Positions 1 to 14,735 of a DNA stretch of 64,000 bases are shown here, piece after piece (position 1 is the first letter of the stretch; every line of letters begins with the position of its first letter). The stretch spans positions 25,172,001 through 25,236,000 of the forward strand of contig OZ024751.1 in the NCBI GenBank assembly GCA_964016885.1, in the 5' to 3' direction. Source of the DNA: Eledone cirrhosa. Taxonomy: Eukaryota. The position numbers and the translations under genes are program-made. The notes under the pieces are model-generated. The model ran no database searches. It had not been told where the DNA came from and saw only the letters and a program-made list of their open reading frames with translations.

Positions 1-16
1 TATACATATATATATG

Positions 17-487
17 TTGTTATACTTTGGGAGGGTCATGCTGCCAATAAGAAACACACGCACCAGTCGATTTCACTCCAATTTATTATAAATTAAATTT
101 TTAAATTTAAGAATTTATAAATTTCTGGTTGGTTGGTTCCACAACCGGACGGTTGTTCATATATTGTCAAATTTCTTTCGTCACACATTAAAAAAAAACA
201 AAAAAAAAACAAGATGGCGTAGTACAGAACAAAGGAGAGGCACAAAACAAAGAAAAGAATCCCCAGTCACTGAAGAAGTCACAGAATGTGTGACGAAAGA
301 ACTTTGACAATATATGAACAACCGTCCGGTTGTGGAACCAACAAACCAACCGGAAATTCAAAATAAATTGGAGTGAAAGCAACTGGTGCGTGTGTTTCTT
401 ATTGGCAACATGACCCTCCCAAAGTATAACAATATCGGTTTCAACACACGTTTTCAGATAAAGAATCTTGCTAAGCAAATTCAGAAA

Positions 488-490
<3 letters not shown>
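17..490 (+). mobile_element. Penelope-like pLTR remnant with inverted 5' duplication between (TA)n tracts
   Basis: Arms 17-189 and 285-432; hammerhead motif at 266-308; 3' part recurs at 53812-53925. Confidence 0.6.
266..308 (+). ncRNA. Degenerate minimal type-I hammerhead ribozyme
   Basis: gtca-CTGAAGA-a-gtcaca/gaatg/tgtgac-GAAA-gaac-TT-tgac. Confidence 0.55.
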
Positions 491-554
<64 letters not shown>

Positions 555-1037
555 GAAACGCATTAATCTATCTCCCTATCGCTGTTATCTGCCTTGATAT
601 ATCCCATCAACACTTTAGTGTTGATGGGATATATACATTCACTTTACATGAACATCTTCATTATATGGTTTACAGACAGCATTATTCTGAATCACGCTGT
701 GTTAGACTGCATTGTTAATTTAATGGATTAATGAGAGATGGACGGGAAGTGCTAAGGTCCCTCTTTCGGAGCCTTTAACATTGCTGGGAAGAAGAGAGTA
801 GGAAAGAAATTATTCTCAGAATAGAGATCTGACATAATTACTTTTATCAGTTATGTAATCCGCTAAAATGCAAACATGGGCCTGATAATAGTGTTGATAA
901 ACCGAACAAGTGATTAAGACTACCAACACTCAGTTTCTTCAACTCCCTAAATGTCCCACACAAAGCTCCAGCTAACTCGGTATAATAACAGAGTGCAGAA
1001 CACAGAAGTCAGAAGTCAGCGAGCTAATATGTTACGC

Positions 1038-1574
1038 AATAAGTTCTCAAACTCTTTGGACCACCGTCCCCCTCACGGCCACGTTATACCCTCAGCGCTC
1101 CTTAACCCTATTTCCAGAGAGAGAGAGAGAGCTGCCTACAGGCAAATTTTAAACAATATATAATACATAAAATCATAGATTTATATATATTAAATAATTG
1201 TTTCTACTTTTTGGCACAAGGCCAGCAATTATTCCAGTGTATAACTGGTAGTTTATTTTATCGACCCCGTGAGGATGAAAGGTAAAGTTAAATTTCGGCG
1301 GGATTTGAACTGAGACCGTAAAGGGCCGTAACTCTATGCTGCAAAGCATGGTGCCCGTCTCTCTACCGATACTGCCAATCCATAATAATGTAATATATTC
1401 TATGTATAAATAAATATATTATATGTATATTTTAATTTTAGTACATTTATATATAATATGTATCATTTGATATTTAATATACATTTATATCATTTCTACC
1501 ACTAGACTCCACCATCGCCTTCTGGACCCCCCCCCCCCCTCCCCTGATAGCAGCGCCCGATTTGAGAACCTCTT
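1038..1574. mobile_element. hAT-type MITE containing a nested SINE
   Basis: TIRs aataagttctcaaac / tttgagaacctctt; perfect 8-bp TSD tgttacgc (1030-1037, 1575-1582); homologous to 54998-55319. Confidence 0.85.
1193..1382 (-). mobile_element. tRNA-derived SINE family A
   Basis: A box tggcagtatcggt, B box gttcaaatcc, 3' end ggccttgtgcc..gtagaaacaattatt. Confidence 0.9.
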
Positions 1575-1920
1575 TGTTACGCTGTAGCATTGGATCTGAA
1601 ACCAAATGCTTACTAAGCAAACCTGTTAACCCCAGAGTTAGGCTTGCGTTTTATAAAGTAGAAATCATTCATATCAAATTCCTCTCAAATATTTTTGAAA
1701 AGAAAGCCGAGAAAATATATCGAACGAAAAAAAAGAAAAAAACGTTATTAATCATCTCCAATGGATTGACATTAATAGTACTAGATCGATAGTAAGTTAC
1801 ATTTAGAAGACTTGACAACCTCTTCATATTTGACTCATTTAACATGTAATGTTAGTACGAATTGACACTTTTGTGTGCATTGTATCTCTACTGTAGTTGA
1901 GCGTTCTTTGTTTAAACTAA

Positions 1921-1971
<51 letters not shown>

Positions 1972-2044
1972 TATGTATGCATAAATATGTATATAACGTA
2001 CATACACACATACATATATATATATATGTATTTATATATGTAAT

Positions 2045-2108
<64 letters not shown>

Positions 2109-3315
2109 TATATGCGCGTGTGTATATATATATACATATACATAGGTATATCTGTTTAACTATCTATTCATATATACATACACATACAACCACCTCCATA
2201 CGTATATTTAAATACATTAAAAATTATATATGTACATACAAACATATATATATGTGTATGTATACATGTATGTTTATATATATATAAATATATATATATA
2301 TTTATATATATATGTATATGCTCACAAACACCGAGGTCAACTTTTCTTTTCAACCTTCTAGGATCGATGAAATTGATAGGAGTTAATTTGATTGGCTCTT
2401 TTTAAATCACCTATAAAGCACATCAATGAATATTATTATGTGTATGTCTGTCTATCTGTGTGTGTGTGTGTGTGTGTGAGTGTGTATCTGCATGTATGTT
2501 TGTGTGTGTGAGAGAGGTTACATGCAACATATTTAATGTCACGACCCAAAATAACAAGAAAATGACTAAATGCTTAATTATATATTAGACAAATAATAAA
2601 AAGGCCTCTGCCGCCACCACCACACCTCTCTCAGGAAGAAGAAGATGACTTGGCGATATCTGAAAGTGTCGCTTTTGACTTGGGAAAATCCGGCTCCAAT
2701 TTGAGCAACACAAAGTATTTCAACAGCTCTACGGGTGAATCATCATACTCTCTTTCTTTAAACCCACGCTCTGCTATTTTCATCATTTCCATTAATTCTA
2801 AATCTTATGTTAAACGGAATAGAAAAAATAAAAGAAGAAATGGTAAAATATCAAATTTTCTAGATTTTATTGTTAATTACGATTTGAACATAAAAATAAC
2901 TCGTATTTCGATTACTTATGTAAAATATTCTAATTGCCTGGAGTGAAATCCCAACACAAAACAGTTTTTCACCATCAGATCTTCCATGAAATAACTATTG
3001 GCCATTTCATCTGGTTCTCATTCATCAGAGCTAGCGTAATTCAATTAAAGATTTTATCATTTTTCCTCCTAATGGATTATACAACAAATGTATGTATACA
3101 TCTCACACACTTTCCTTTCCGAACAAATATACAGCAGAGAGCATTTAAGTATCATTAATACTGCAGCTTGTCAATGGTTACAGAAACTGTCTTACTTTAG
3201 ATTGATTATCGATTCCATGCCCTACAGATTGGAAAGAAACAAAATTTCATTTTCACGTCAAGTATATCTCTGTGTTATAAATTCTGGTACCTAAAACCTA
3301 TCTATTATTAGGTAT

Positions 3316-3384
3316 TGATAAAATAAAGTACCAGTAATGCACTGGGTAATTGCTGGCCTTGTGCCTAAAGTAGAAACAATTATT
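3316..3384 (+). mobile_element. SINE A, 5'-truncated
   Basis: 3' end only; 15-bp TSD attattaggtattga (3304-3318, 3379-3393). Confidence 0.85.
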
Positions 3385-4227
3385 AGGTATTGAACTTGAA
3401 ACCCGACGTTCGATTTCCTTGCAAGACATCTTGTTTATAAGTCTTTAACATAGCCTTGGGTCAACCTAAGACTTGCAAGTATAACTGGCGAGAGGAAAAT
3501 TATGTGTAATGCTGTTGGATGGCTTATACCTGTATATCAAAGGTCCAGCCTTGTTACATATCCTATCATGGTGATTTTTCCCGAGAATTATATTAAGCAT
3601 GTACGTTTCTATGCAATATTCATGGCTGTTGCAGCGGGTGTCGCTTGCCATTGTCTGCAGGAATGCTTTTGCGTCCTTGTCCCCGGGGCAGAGCCCCAAC
3701 AGCATTGCACCCTAGGCCTAGAGCCCATCACCCTACCCTTACTCCTCCCATTCTTCTGTGACCCTAGAGCCCTTGTCTTTCTCTTCCTTTTCTACTTTCA
3801 TAACCACAACAGATTTTACAATAGAACACCTTTCACGTTATTACTCGAATGAAAACGTTCAGTTGATGAAATAATTGTATGTTCATCGTCAAAACCTCCG
3901 GAGGATTCTAATAAATATGCAAGCTGTTAATGATTATAGCACAAGCATTATTATAAATGGTTTATCAGACTATAGGGTGGAAATTCCAATAACAAGTATA
4001 GTTGTTCATTTTAACATCTGATACTTAACAAAAAGAGTTATTGTTAGTCATTAAAACTGAATAGACAAACAATTCCATTCTTCTTGATTGTTCTTTAATA
4101 TTTTCGCTTCGTCAATGACACAATGATTCGAAATACAAGGAACAATTAAATATTTCCACCGTAGCATTCCGACTTTCTTGTCTTTCTTTCTTTATATTCT
4201 TTCTGGTTTTCTTTCTTCTTTCTGTCT

Positions 4228-4270
<43 letters not shown>

Positions 4271-6305
4271 CCTTTTTATGGTATTACCTTGATATTCATA
4301 ACCACTTTTGCATTATAACCAAATCCTAAATCTAACATTCTTTTTTTATATTCCACAATGGTAAAATAAAACTATAACTTTCATATATTAAATATTCTTT
4401 ACTAGCAGGAATCTATTTTTAGTTAAGAAAAGATGTATTTACATTTACATATTTAAATGTTTCCTTTTGTTTCTGTTCTGTTCTTCCTAATTTATTTTAT
4501 TAACTCCTATATTTGTTAAGTTTAGAACTAAAACAAAACGTGCGTTGAATTACTAAAGACAAATAGAAAATCGTGTAATTGTTTAAATAGGAATAATTAA
4601 TTTACTTTAAATGTGGATTTACATATTCATGAACTGTTCATACCAGAAGTTACACTTAACACTTTAATTATAATAGGCAGGGATTTGACAGAGTCATTAG
4701 ATTGTTGGTTTAAATGTCTCATGGTATGTTGTATGGCTCTCTGTATGCTGAGTTCAAATCCCATCAAAACCAAATATAATTTGTTTATGGCGATCGATTT
4801 GCTGAACAGTTGAAGTCAGACAGATCGGTTACTTTGCGGAATCCTTTCTGGCTTTGTCTATTCTGAGATCAATTCTGGCCTCCTCACATCGGAACAGAGA
4901 TAACAATACTTCCAGATGTATTTAACAGATAATATTGCAGCAGAGGTTTCAATTAAAACTTTAAATTTTTCATATGAAAGATGAAATATGTTTTATTACC
5001 AAAAAAAAAAAAAAAGAAATCGTAAACAAATCTATTTAAAATAACAACAACACTACAGATATTTAAAAACAAAAAAAGACGGAAATGGCGAGGGCTCTAG
5101 GGTTACAGAAGAATGGGAAGGGGAAGAGGGAGGTTAATGGGCTCTAGACCTTGGGTATGGCGGTGTTAGGGAGGCACCCAACGGACAAGACTGCAAAAGC
5201 ATACTTTAATTATATAAGCTGTGAATTGATAGTGGCGAGCATTTAGAGCATATGTTTAAATGACTCAATATAATGTTCTGGGGGAAACTCTACTTTCATA
5301 CTTTAGGGGTTCAAAGAGGGGTTGCTTTGAACATTTTCTTTGGTCAGATCAGATGACTGCTTCAGTATGATATTTCTAATAAAACTAAAATAGTTGTAAA
5401 ATATCTACTTTTCAGAGAAAAGCAATTCCTAGTAAATTATCGATTACACTGTAAATGCTAGTATAAGTATTGAAAGTTATTTTCTGAATACAAAAAATCG
5501 GTAATGGCTGACATTTAAGAAGATTTGTTTTATCCATTAATTTCCAGAAAGTAAGAAGACATTCACATTCCATGAATGCAAAAAGGTTAACTAGTTAACT
5601 ATTATACACGGTAACACAATTTTGTTGGTGGTGACGGTTGGTTGTCGACATTGTATTAAACATATTAGTTACCAAAGTAATATGCATGAAATTAAACGTG
5701 AGAATCTTAGTTGATAATAAATCTTTGTATCTTTGCTTGAAGAACTTATGTTTTATTTGCTAAGTTGAGAAAGAAAGGAGAACATTCAGATCGCAAGAAA
5801 GCAAAAGAACTTGACTAATATTCCTACGAAAATAATTTAGGTAAGGGAATAAACTATACACAATAGTTACCATAGTAACATAGTAACATACACACCATTA
5901 TGTGAAAGAATAAACGGTAATTATTTATCTCTATTTTTAGGTTGGATCTAAAGGCCGCCAAAAAAAATACAAATGTATAGATAAGTAAATAAAGTAATAT
6001 ACAGTGTACTTATTTGAACGTATTGAAAATACCAGACAAAATATAATTGAATCTTCCATTGTCTACAGAGAACGTTTGTCGATATCGTTAAGTACCTCAT
6101 AATGCCTTCACTAATGAACTATATTGGTAGAGTGGTTAACCTATCGTTACTATAGAGGCTGTAATGTCACAGAAGGTATCAGTTGGAATCAATCAACTGC
6201 AATTTATATTCATGGCAAAGCAGGAACATTTAGCAGCATCTAATTCAGTTCAACTTCATTTTCACAGGAAGTAGCCTTTCAAAAAAAAGTAATAAAGATA
6301 ATTAA

Positions 6306-6357
<52 letters not shown>

Positions 6358-6439
6358 TAAAAGAATAAAATAAAATAATTTGAAATATCTGATGCTCACA
6401 TCTGTATGGTCTTTTAGTAATTAGTGGCGTAGTAATTTT

Positions 6440-6464
6440 ATGATATATATATGTGTGTGTGTAT

Positions 6465-6544
<80 letters not shown>

Positions 6545-6799
6545 ATATGTATATATGTGTGTATATATATATATGTGTATATATATATATATGTATGTAT
6601 ATATATATATATATATAATGTATATATATATATATATAATGTATATATATATATATATATATAATGTATATATATGTATATATATATGTGTATATACATA
6701 TGTATATGTATATGTATATATATATATATGTATTTATATATATATATATATATATATATAATGTATATATATGTATATATATATGTGTATATACATATG

Positions 6800-6855
<56 letters not shown>

Positions 6856-7070
6856 CATATATCCCAAGGCTCTGATACCATCAACACTATAAACACAGAG
6901 CTGGCATATCTAAGAAATGACTAACTGCCTGATGAGGTCATAGCCATTCAATGGCTATCATCGAAATATATATATAGCAGTAAATAAAGAATTATGAGTT
7001 CATTCAATTGACTTATCTTTCGTCACTATATATATACATATATATATATTGTATATATATATGTATCTAA

Positions 7071-7114
<44 letters not shown>

Positions 7115-7220
7115 CTATATATGTAGGTATATATATATTATGTATATATATATATGCATATACATATATGTATATATACATGTATATATATGTATATATC
7201 TATATGTATATATATATATT

Positions 7221-7251
<31 letters not shown>

Positions 7252-7538
7252 GTATATATATAAGTATGTATATATATATATATGTGTATATATGTATATA
7301 TATATGTCTATATATACATGTATATATGTATATATATATGTATATATATGTATATATAAATGTATATATATATGTGGTGTGTATATATGTATATATGTAT
7401 ATATGTATATATGTATATATATATATGTATAAATAGATATGCATATATATATATGTATGTGTATATATGTGTATATATGTATATATATATATGTATAATG
7501 TATATATATACGTATATATATATGTATATATATATATG

Positions 7539-7571
<33 letters not shown>

Positions 7572-7670
7572 GTGTATATATATACATATATATACATACA
7601 TATATATATACATATATATATATATACATATATATACATACATATATATATACATATATATATCAAATAT
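6440..7670. repeat. Compound (TA)n/(TATG)n microsatellite field interrupted by a hammerhead-bearing insert at 6860-7028
   Basis: Direct reading; representative of dozens of such tracts in the window. Confidence 0.95.
6924..6981 (+). ncRNA. Minimal type-I hammerhead ribozyme
   Basis: actgc-CTGATGA-g..atagccat/tca/atggctat..c-GAAA-tatatata-TA-gcagt; AUA triplet. Confidence 0.8.
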
Positions 7671-7799
7671 ATAAGAACCCTGGAGCAAATATTTATTAAA
7701 ATAACAGATTAAAGTTTAAGCAAAGAATCGCTGCTTTCACCCTTAACGGGATCTTCTGAAACTCATATATATATATATATATATGAGTTTCAGAAGATA

Positions 7800-9060
7800 T
7801 AAATTGAGCAGAAGCAACGGAATCCAGGTACCAACAGGTGAGATGATAAAGGAAATTGATACTGAAGAAGGATACAAATATTTAGGTGTTCTGGAGGTTG
7901 ATGACATCAAGAACAAAAATAAATGAAGGAATTGATAAGATCTGAACAATTGTGGAGAGTAAGGAGCGTATTAAAGTCACATCTGAACAGTAGGAATGCC
8001 ATAAGTGCAGTAAATTCCCGAGCTGTGTCTATTATTAGCTACAGTGGGGGAATTCTGAGGTGGAATGTTGCTGAACAAAAAGAAATGGATAGAAAGACTT
8101 GGAAGCTATTGACTATCTACAACATGTTCCACAAGAGGAGTGATGTCGGATGGAGATGAGGACTGTGTTCAGATGGAGAAAAACAACCTACACAAATACA
8201 TGACTGATAGTAGGGAGCCAATGCTCAGAATTGTACTGTAGGAGTGGACAATTGACCAGGGGATGTCCAAGAAGGAAATAACAACTAGGAGAAAGAGCAA
8301 CCTTCATGAAAAATCCCTTCATAGTACCTTCTTTGAGAACACTGAATTTAGAGATCCACAGACATGGAACTGGTTGAAAAGAGGAGACATTAAAAAGGCT
8401 ACAGAAGGAATGCTAATGGCTGCGCAAGAGCAGGTCCTCAAAACGAAGTGGCTGAAACACCATATTTACAAGGAGGAGGCTAGCCCACTGTGTAGGATCT
8501 GTGGAGAGAGAGAGGAGACTGTGGCTCACATTGTATCCGAGTGTAAACACCTAGCCCAGACTCACTATAAAGGCTGGAGACATGATGTGATGGGCAGGGT
8601 GATCTACTGGCACCTATTAAAAGTAAACAATTTACCACATTCTGAGAAGTGGTATGAGCATAAGCCAGAGTCGGTGATAGAAAACGATCAGGTGAATGTG
8701 CTGTGGGATTTTAGGATACAGACAGACAAGAAACTGGAACACAATAGACCTGACCTGGTGGTTTTGGACAAGGAAAAAAGATCGTGCCTGTTTGTGGATG
8801 TACCCTTAACATTCGACACGAGAGTGCAAGAGAAGGAGAGGGTACTATCTCAAAGATTTTCCAAGGATGGTTAAAGAAAATTGGTCCCGTCCCTCTTTTT
8901 GGAACACTGCAAAAGGCATGCCTGCTGGGAACAGCAAGAACCCTCCGATACGTCCTGAATATCTGAGGCTGCAGGTAGTGGCTTGATATTCATTTCAACA
9001 AACTTTCCAGTTAAATAACATCAATGACTGAGACTCAAAGAACAACAATAATAATAATAA
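7800..9060 (+). mobile_element. 5'-truncated, disrupted R4/Dong-type non-LTR retrotransposon (RT thumb, CCHC knuckle, RLE)
   Basis: GYKYLGV, RVRSVLKSHLN..DRKT, CRICGEREETVAHIVSEC, RHD, NRPDLVV motifs; frameshifts and a stop; 3' UTR runs into (TAA)n. Confidence 0.9.
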
Positions 9061-10036
9061 TACAGAAACATGTTGGTGAAAAACGAAACGATTTGGTACA
9101 ATCGAGAGAAAAGAAGTTAGCAGATGAGATAAGGAATTGATAGAAAAGTTTTAAGAACAGTTAGAAGAATGTAAGAAAAATAAAGGACTGCTAAAATACA
9201 CTTGGATGGGAGAGAGACGAATCTCTTTAAATATTATAATAAAAATCTTGACAATAACAGTGACGTCAATGTTTCCGTTTTCCTCATGTTTATTAGGTCT
9301 TTTTTTCTAAATTTAAATGTACAGCATTAATTTATAAAGAAAATGAAAGTTTAATTTTCTTTTTATTGTAAACACAGCACCTTACTGGGATCTTGTGAGA
9401 AGTGTTATGATGAGACAAAGCCAAAAATCTAAAAAGAACTTGAAAATGGGGCTAGAAGTATATTCATAGATTCACAGAAAAATCAATCGCAACAAGAGTC
9501 TTTCAGATTAGAAGGAGACTGAAAATGGAGACAGAAAGCTATATTTTCTGAGTGTAGCATGGAATATATTCTCAGCTATAATTGGAAAGTAGTATTCAAG
9601 CAGATTGCGATTGTTTTTATTCTTTGTAACCATTCTTAGAAAATGTTAAACAACATAAACCGCAAACCAAGAAGCAAAAAGAGGCAAACGTGTTACAATA
9701 ATGAGACGAAGCTGATATTAGAAGAGATGAAGAAATAATTGTAACAGAAGAACATTTCGAGAAAGAAATGTAAGTACGTGGAATAGGCAGCGAAATAAGT
9801 GCAAAATATAAAGGCAAATATATTGTTGAATGTTATTTTGATATAAATAGAAGGAAATAACAATAGAGTAGTGCGATTAAATTGTTACTTGAAGACAAAT
9901 TCGGAATAATTTCTTTTAATACCCTTTTTTATGGAGTTGAAAACATAACGGCGATTGATTCAGATGCGTTATATTTTGAAAATAAGGAATGGATTTATAT
10001 TAGTTGTTTCAAATTTGTTCTTATATACTTTGATGA

Positions 10037-10071
<35 letters not shown>

Positions 10072-10412
10072 TATATGCGTCACTTTCTCTGTTGTCACAT
10101 GCTCTTCCTTGATAAGTGGTCTGAAGTGAATGTACGAATGGCGGATCGGTTAAAAACTCCATTTCACGATTATAATGTATTGGCTTCGATCCCATTGTTT
10201 GATATCTTTATAAAGTATATTTTACCAGGCCCTTGTCATATAATGTATCACCTCGATTGTGACCGAGAATACTGCATGACATCGCAGGATCGGTCCGACT
10301 GCGTGTAATCTTGTGCAAATATATTTTGCCATAATTGTGGGGAGAACTCAAGACTTTTAATGGAACTGAGTGAACGTAAACCACCTCAAAACACATCGGA
10401 GAGAACATGGTG

Positions 10413-10465
<53 letters not shown>

Positions 10466-10774
10466 ACACACACAGACACACACATATATATTTATATATA
10501 TATATATATAATTATGTATGAATGAATATATATATATATGTGTGTGTGTATGTATGTGTGTATGATATATATATATATAACTATGTATGTATGAATGAAT
10601 ATATATATATGTATGTGTGTGTGTTTGTATGATATATATATAATTATGTATGAATGAATATATATATATGTATCGACAGTCGATCGACTTTTTGTCAAAT
10701 CGGACCGAGGAAACGATGTTTCCATTGATCTTTCTAATTGCTAATACTCTCTATCGGTTGGAACTCCAGGTGGA

Positions 10775-10894
10775 AGGAGCAACGTAAAATAAAGTGTCTT
10801 GCTCAAGGACATAACGCATCGCCTGGTCCGGGAATCGAACTCACATGCTCACGATTGCGAATCCGATTCTCTAACCACTCAGCTACGCGCCTTC
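10775..10894 (-). mobile_element. SINE B head and core fragment
   Basis: tagctgagtggttagag..gagttcgattcccgg..gtccttgagcaagacac on the minus strand. Confidence 0.75.
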
Positions 10895-11210
10895 GCATAT
10901 ATATGTATGTGTGTATGTATGTTTGTATGATATATATATAATTATGTATGAATGAATATATATACGTATGAAAGTGTGTATGTACACACACGCACACATA
11001 TATATATGATGTGTGCGTATGTGTATGTCTGTGTATTTGTATCTGTTTCTGTTTGTGTCATTATGACTGTGGTCACATCCTATAACTTAGCGGTTCGATA
11101 GAAAGAGAGCAATTAAATAAATATCAGCCTTGAAAAGAATAATTACTGGGAGCTATATGAAAGAGTAAAGCCCTTCTAAGTGGTACCTGGCAATAACCGA
11201 CCCCAATAAA

Positions 11211-11400
11211 ATAATTGTTTCTACTTTTGGCACAAGGCCAGCAAATTACCCAGCACATTACTGGTACTTTATTTTATCGACCCCGTAAGGATGAAAGGCA
11301 AAGTTGACCTCGGCGGGATTTGAACTCAGAATGGAAAGGGCCGTAATTCTATGCGTCAAAGCATGACGTCCGACCCTCTATTGATACTGCCAAACCACCG
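11211..11400 (-). mobile_element. SINE A
   Basis: Full-length match to the other copies; flanking repeat accgaccccaataaa. Confidence 0.9.
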
Positions 11401-11987
11401 ACCCCAATAAATTAATAATAGCATAAAAGCCGATAGAACACAGAATCGTGTATTCAATATTGTGTCATATTTACAACGATTCCGAGAACTGAAGTGGGTT
11501 GTGGTAATGATTTCTATCTTCATTAGAGCACTAACATTAAATGGAATTCCAATTATATTTCATGCGAATAGACATGAAATGTTGATTAGATATATTTCTA
11601 TTAGATATATTAGATGAGTAGATAAATCAGCATTTTGAACAGAAACCAAATAAATATCTAGTAATAAAGATTTCAAACATAATACAGTAGAACGATGTAT
11701 AGTTATGGCTTGAAGAAGAAGCAAGTCACGTATATTTAGTGACGTGGGAATAGCATAACATTGCATGAGGCTAATACATCTAAATGCATTAATGGCATAA
11801 GTGCCATTACATATATATAAGATCTTCTTAACTGGCTGAGTCCCTGTATTGAAACTAAACAATTGCATCGTAAAATATTAATTTATTTGTTTTTGAATAG
11901 CTAAAATGATTTCACCACAATTACATAGTTGCTCTCTCTCTCTCACACGTTACACTCCCTGAATACATATGTATATATATATATATG

Positions 11988-12068
<81 letters not shown>

Positions 12069-12105
12069 ATATACATATGTGTGTCTGTGTGTGTGTATGT
12101 ATATG

Positions 12106-12138
<33 letters not shown>

Positions 12139-12939
12139 CCATCTAAATTGGAGTCAGATTCCCGGGTGTCTATGTTTGCTTGACTTCCGTTTAAAACAGA
12201 ATGTATCTAATGAACAGTTAATGTGTCTAACCTGGTTAAATCTAATTGAATTTCGATTTAATGTTAAATGGAGTTTATTTTTCAAAATTAGTAGGACATT
12301 AACAAGAATTTTGTGAAATATTTCTACGAAAATCGTTAGAATATACCAACATAAGAAACCTACCTCTACTTAGAAGCATTTAGATTTGTAGATAAAAATT
12401 AGCTTTATAGAACACCAGTAAATTAAGTAGAATTAGTCTACTAGTGCGTGTTGTGGTCCTTGTAGTTATATATATGTGGCTTATAGACACCAGAAAACAA
12501 TACATGAAAATGACATTGTTGCTGTAAAGCACGTTTAACTGCCAGCGACTTCAACACCCACACTGTAACATGTTACTTTATATACTTCAGTATTTCATTG
12601 GTTCCAAGCCAAATTTTAGCTAAGTACTTCAACGAACTTTATACGAGACAAGAATTCATATCTGTCTTACGAAGGTGGTAGTAGATACGTTAATCATCTT
12701 AATAATCATTTCAATTTTATCACATTAACATGCAGCTTACTTTCCAAATTATTTGACCAATACATCACTTATATAACAATTCGTTCCCTGAAGATAAGAC
12801 TGTGAAAGTATTGAAACGTTAGCAGATACGTGCATTGAAGAACGCTGTTGTTTCAAACCAAACCTAAAGAACTAATAAGAATATATATGAAAAAAGTCTT
12901 AACAAAAAGATTAAACTGAAACACAGTTATGTGCTTTCG

Positions 12940-13039
<100 letters not shown>

Positions 13040-13071
13040 TATAAATATATATAATATATATATATGTCTCT

Positions 13072-13145
<74 letters not shown>

Positions 13146-13357
13146 GGAGAGAGGGAGGAAGACTATCTGATATCTGAAGAAATACCAAATGACCAACAAG
13201 TAGATACCGGAAAAGTAATCTAAAATAAGAAAAACTTCACAAGCATCTTACCCTAGGTGTAAAGAATTTGTTAAGCAACCTAAAGCTTGAGGGCTCAACA
13301 AAAATTCTCCTTATTGCAGTTTCATGAGCAAAGAACAGTACTGACCATCTCAATATA

Positions 13358-13425
<68 letters not shown>

Positions 13426-13648
13426 ACATTCACACACACTCACACACATACTCACACACACATATGATACAGACACACGGAGGTAACATGAAAAACTGCC
13501 TAATTCTTCAGCCGTTCACTATGTGTGACGTAACATCCCAGTTTCGATGAAAACTCACGTATGCTTGCATGCACACACACAAACACACGCAATCACATAC
13601 ACGCACGCAGAAGCATACACCCCCCCCCCCCCCCACACACACACACGC

Positions 13649-13750
<102 letters not shown>

Positions 13751-13985
13751 GTGTATCTCACAAACCTTAGAATAAAAATTGATGAACTCAGCAAAACAAA
13801 ATAAAATAGGGAAAAAACTACCGCAAAACTACTTATGAAAATCTTGAAACCATTAATAGGGAAGCTTTTGAAATTGTTTCTAAACTTGGGATTGAATACA
13901 CGACTGAACCATTCATATCTAAAACACCGAAGTTAAATATGAAAGATCATAAGAAGAATTTTGAATCTGTCAGACTTATAGCTCC

Positions 13986-14153
13986 ATAGGGTCGGACGCC
14001 ATGTTTTCCAGCATAGTTACGCCCCTTTACGATCTGAGTTCAAATCCCGCCGAGGTTGACTTTGCCTTTCATCCTTACGGGGCTCGATAAAATAAAGTAC
14101 CAGTAATGAACTGGGTAATTGCTGGCCTTGTGCCTAAAGTAGAAACAATTATT
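13986..14153 (+). mobile_element. SINE A
   Basis: B box and 3' end match the family. Confidence 0.9.
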
Positions 14154-14735
14154 TTTAAAAACATCTTGGGTAGAATCATACCAGTTCTAAAGTTGACCTC
14201 GGTAATTATTAAATTGATAAATTTGACCTCGGTAATTATTTCCCTTCTTTTGAACTAAATAATTTACCTCATAACATTATAACCTTCTAAGTTATATATA
14301 AAAAGAAAAAAAAATATCAATTATCAAATCGTTTTCCAGTCATATAATTTCAAAATCAAATTATAAATAAACAAATTTTGTAATCCTAATTCTTTCTCCC
14401 CTTTATTATTATATTTTACTACTTTCGTTTCCCAAAATATTTTTTTATTTTTTCCTTTGATATGATATATATATTTTTTAATTTAATACCTATTTTAATT
14501 GATTATAAGCAACATATAAACTAAATAACGGTCAATTTTTTGTTTTATTTTTTTGACCAACCTAAATGCGTCATACTTTAAATAATTTTTTAAAGCGTTT
14601 AAACCAACTGTAATTATTCTTCGACTCATGTAACCTCCGATGTGTTGAGATTTTTCTAGTCATATGCTTGGTAGTCACCAATCTATCCAGCTCGTAGGCT
14701 ATCAGCATATCATAAAAATTCATACATCTCCTATG

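Noticed and set aside
598-635. Small palindrome tatatcccatcaacact-tt-agtgttgatgggatata
   Set aside because: Real, but single-copy here and without hammerhead, TSD or other context to interpret it
2992-3034. Minus-strand CTGATGA..GAAA-tggcca candidate
   Set aside because: Stem II is barely paired and NUH is out of register; possibly a decayed copy but not supportable
12782-12845. CTGAAGA..GAAAcgt hammerhead-like motif
   Set aside because: The triplet would be GUG and stem I is not adjacent; at most a remnant
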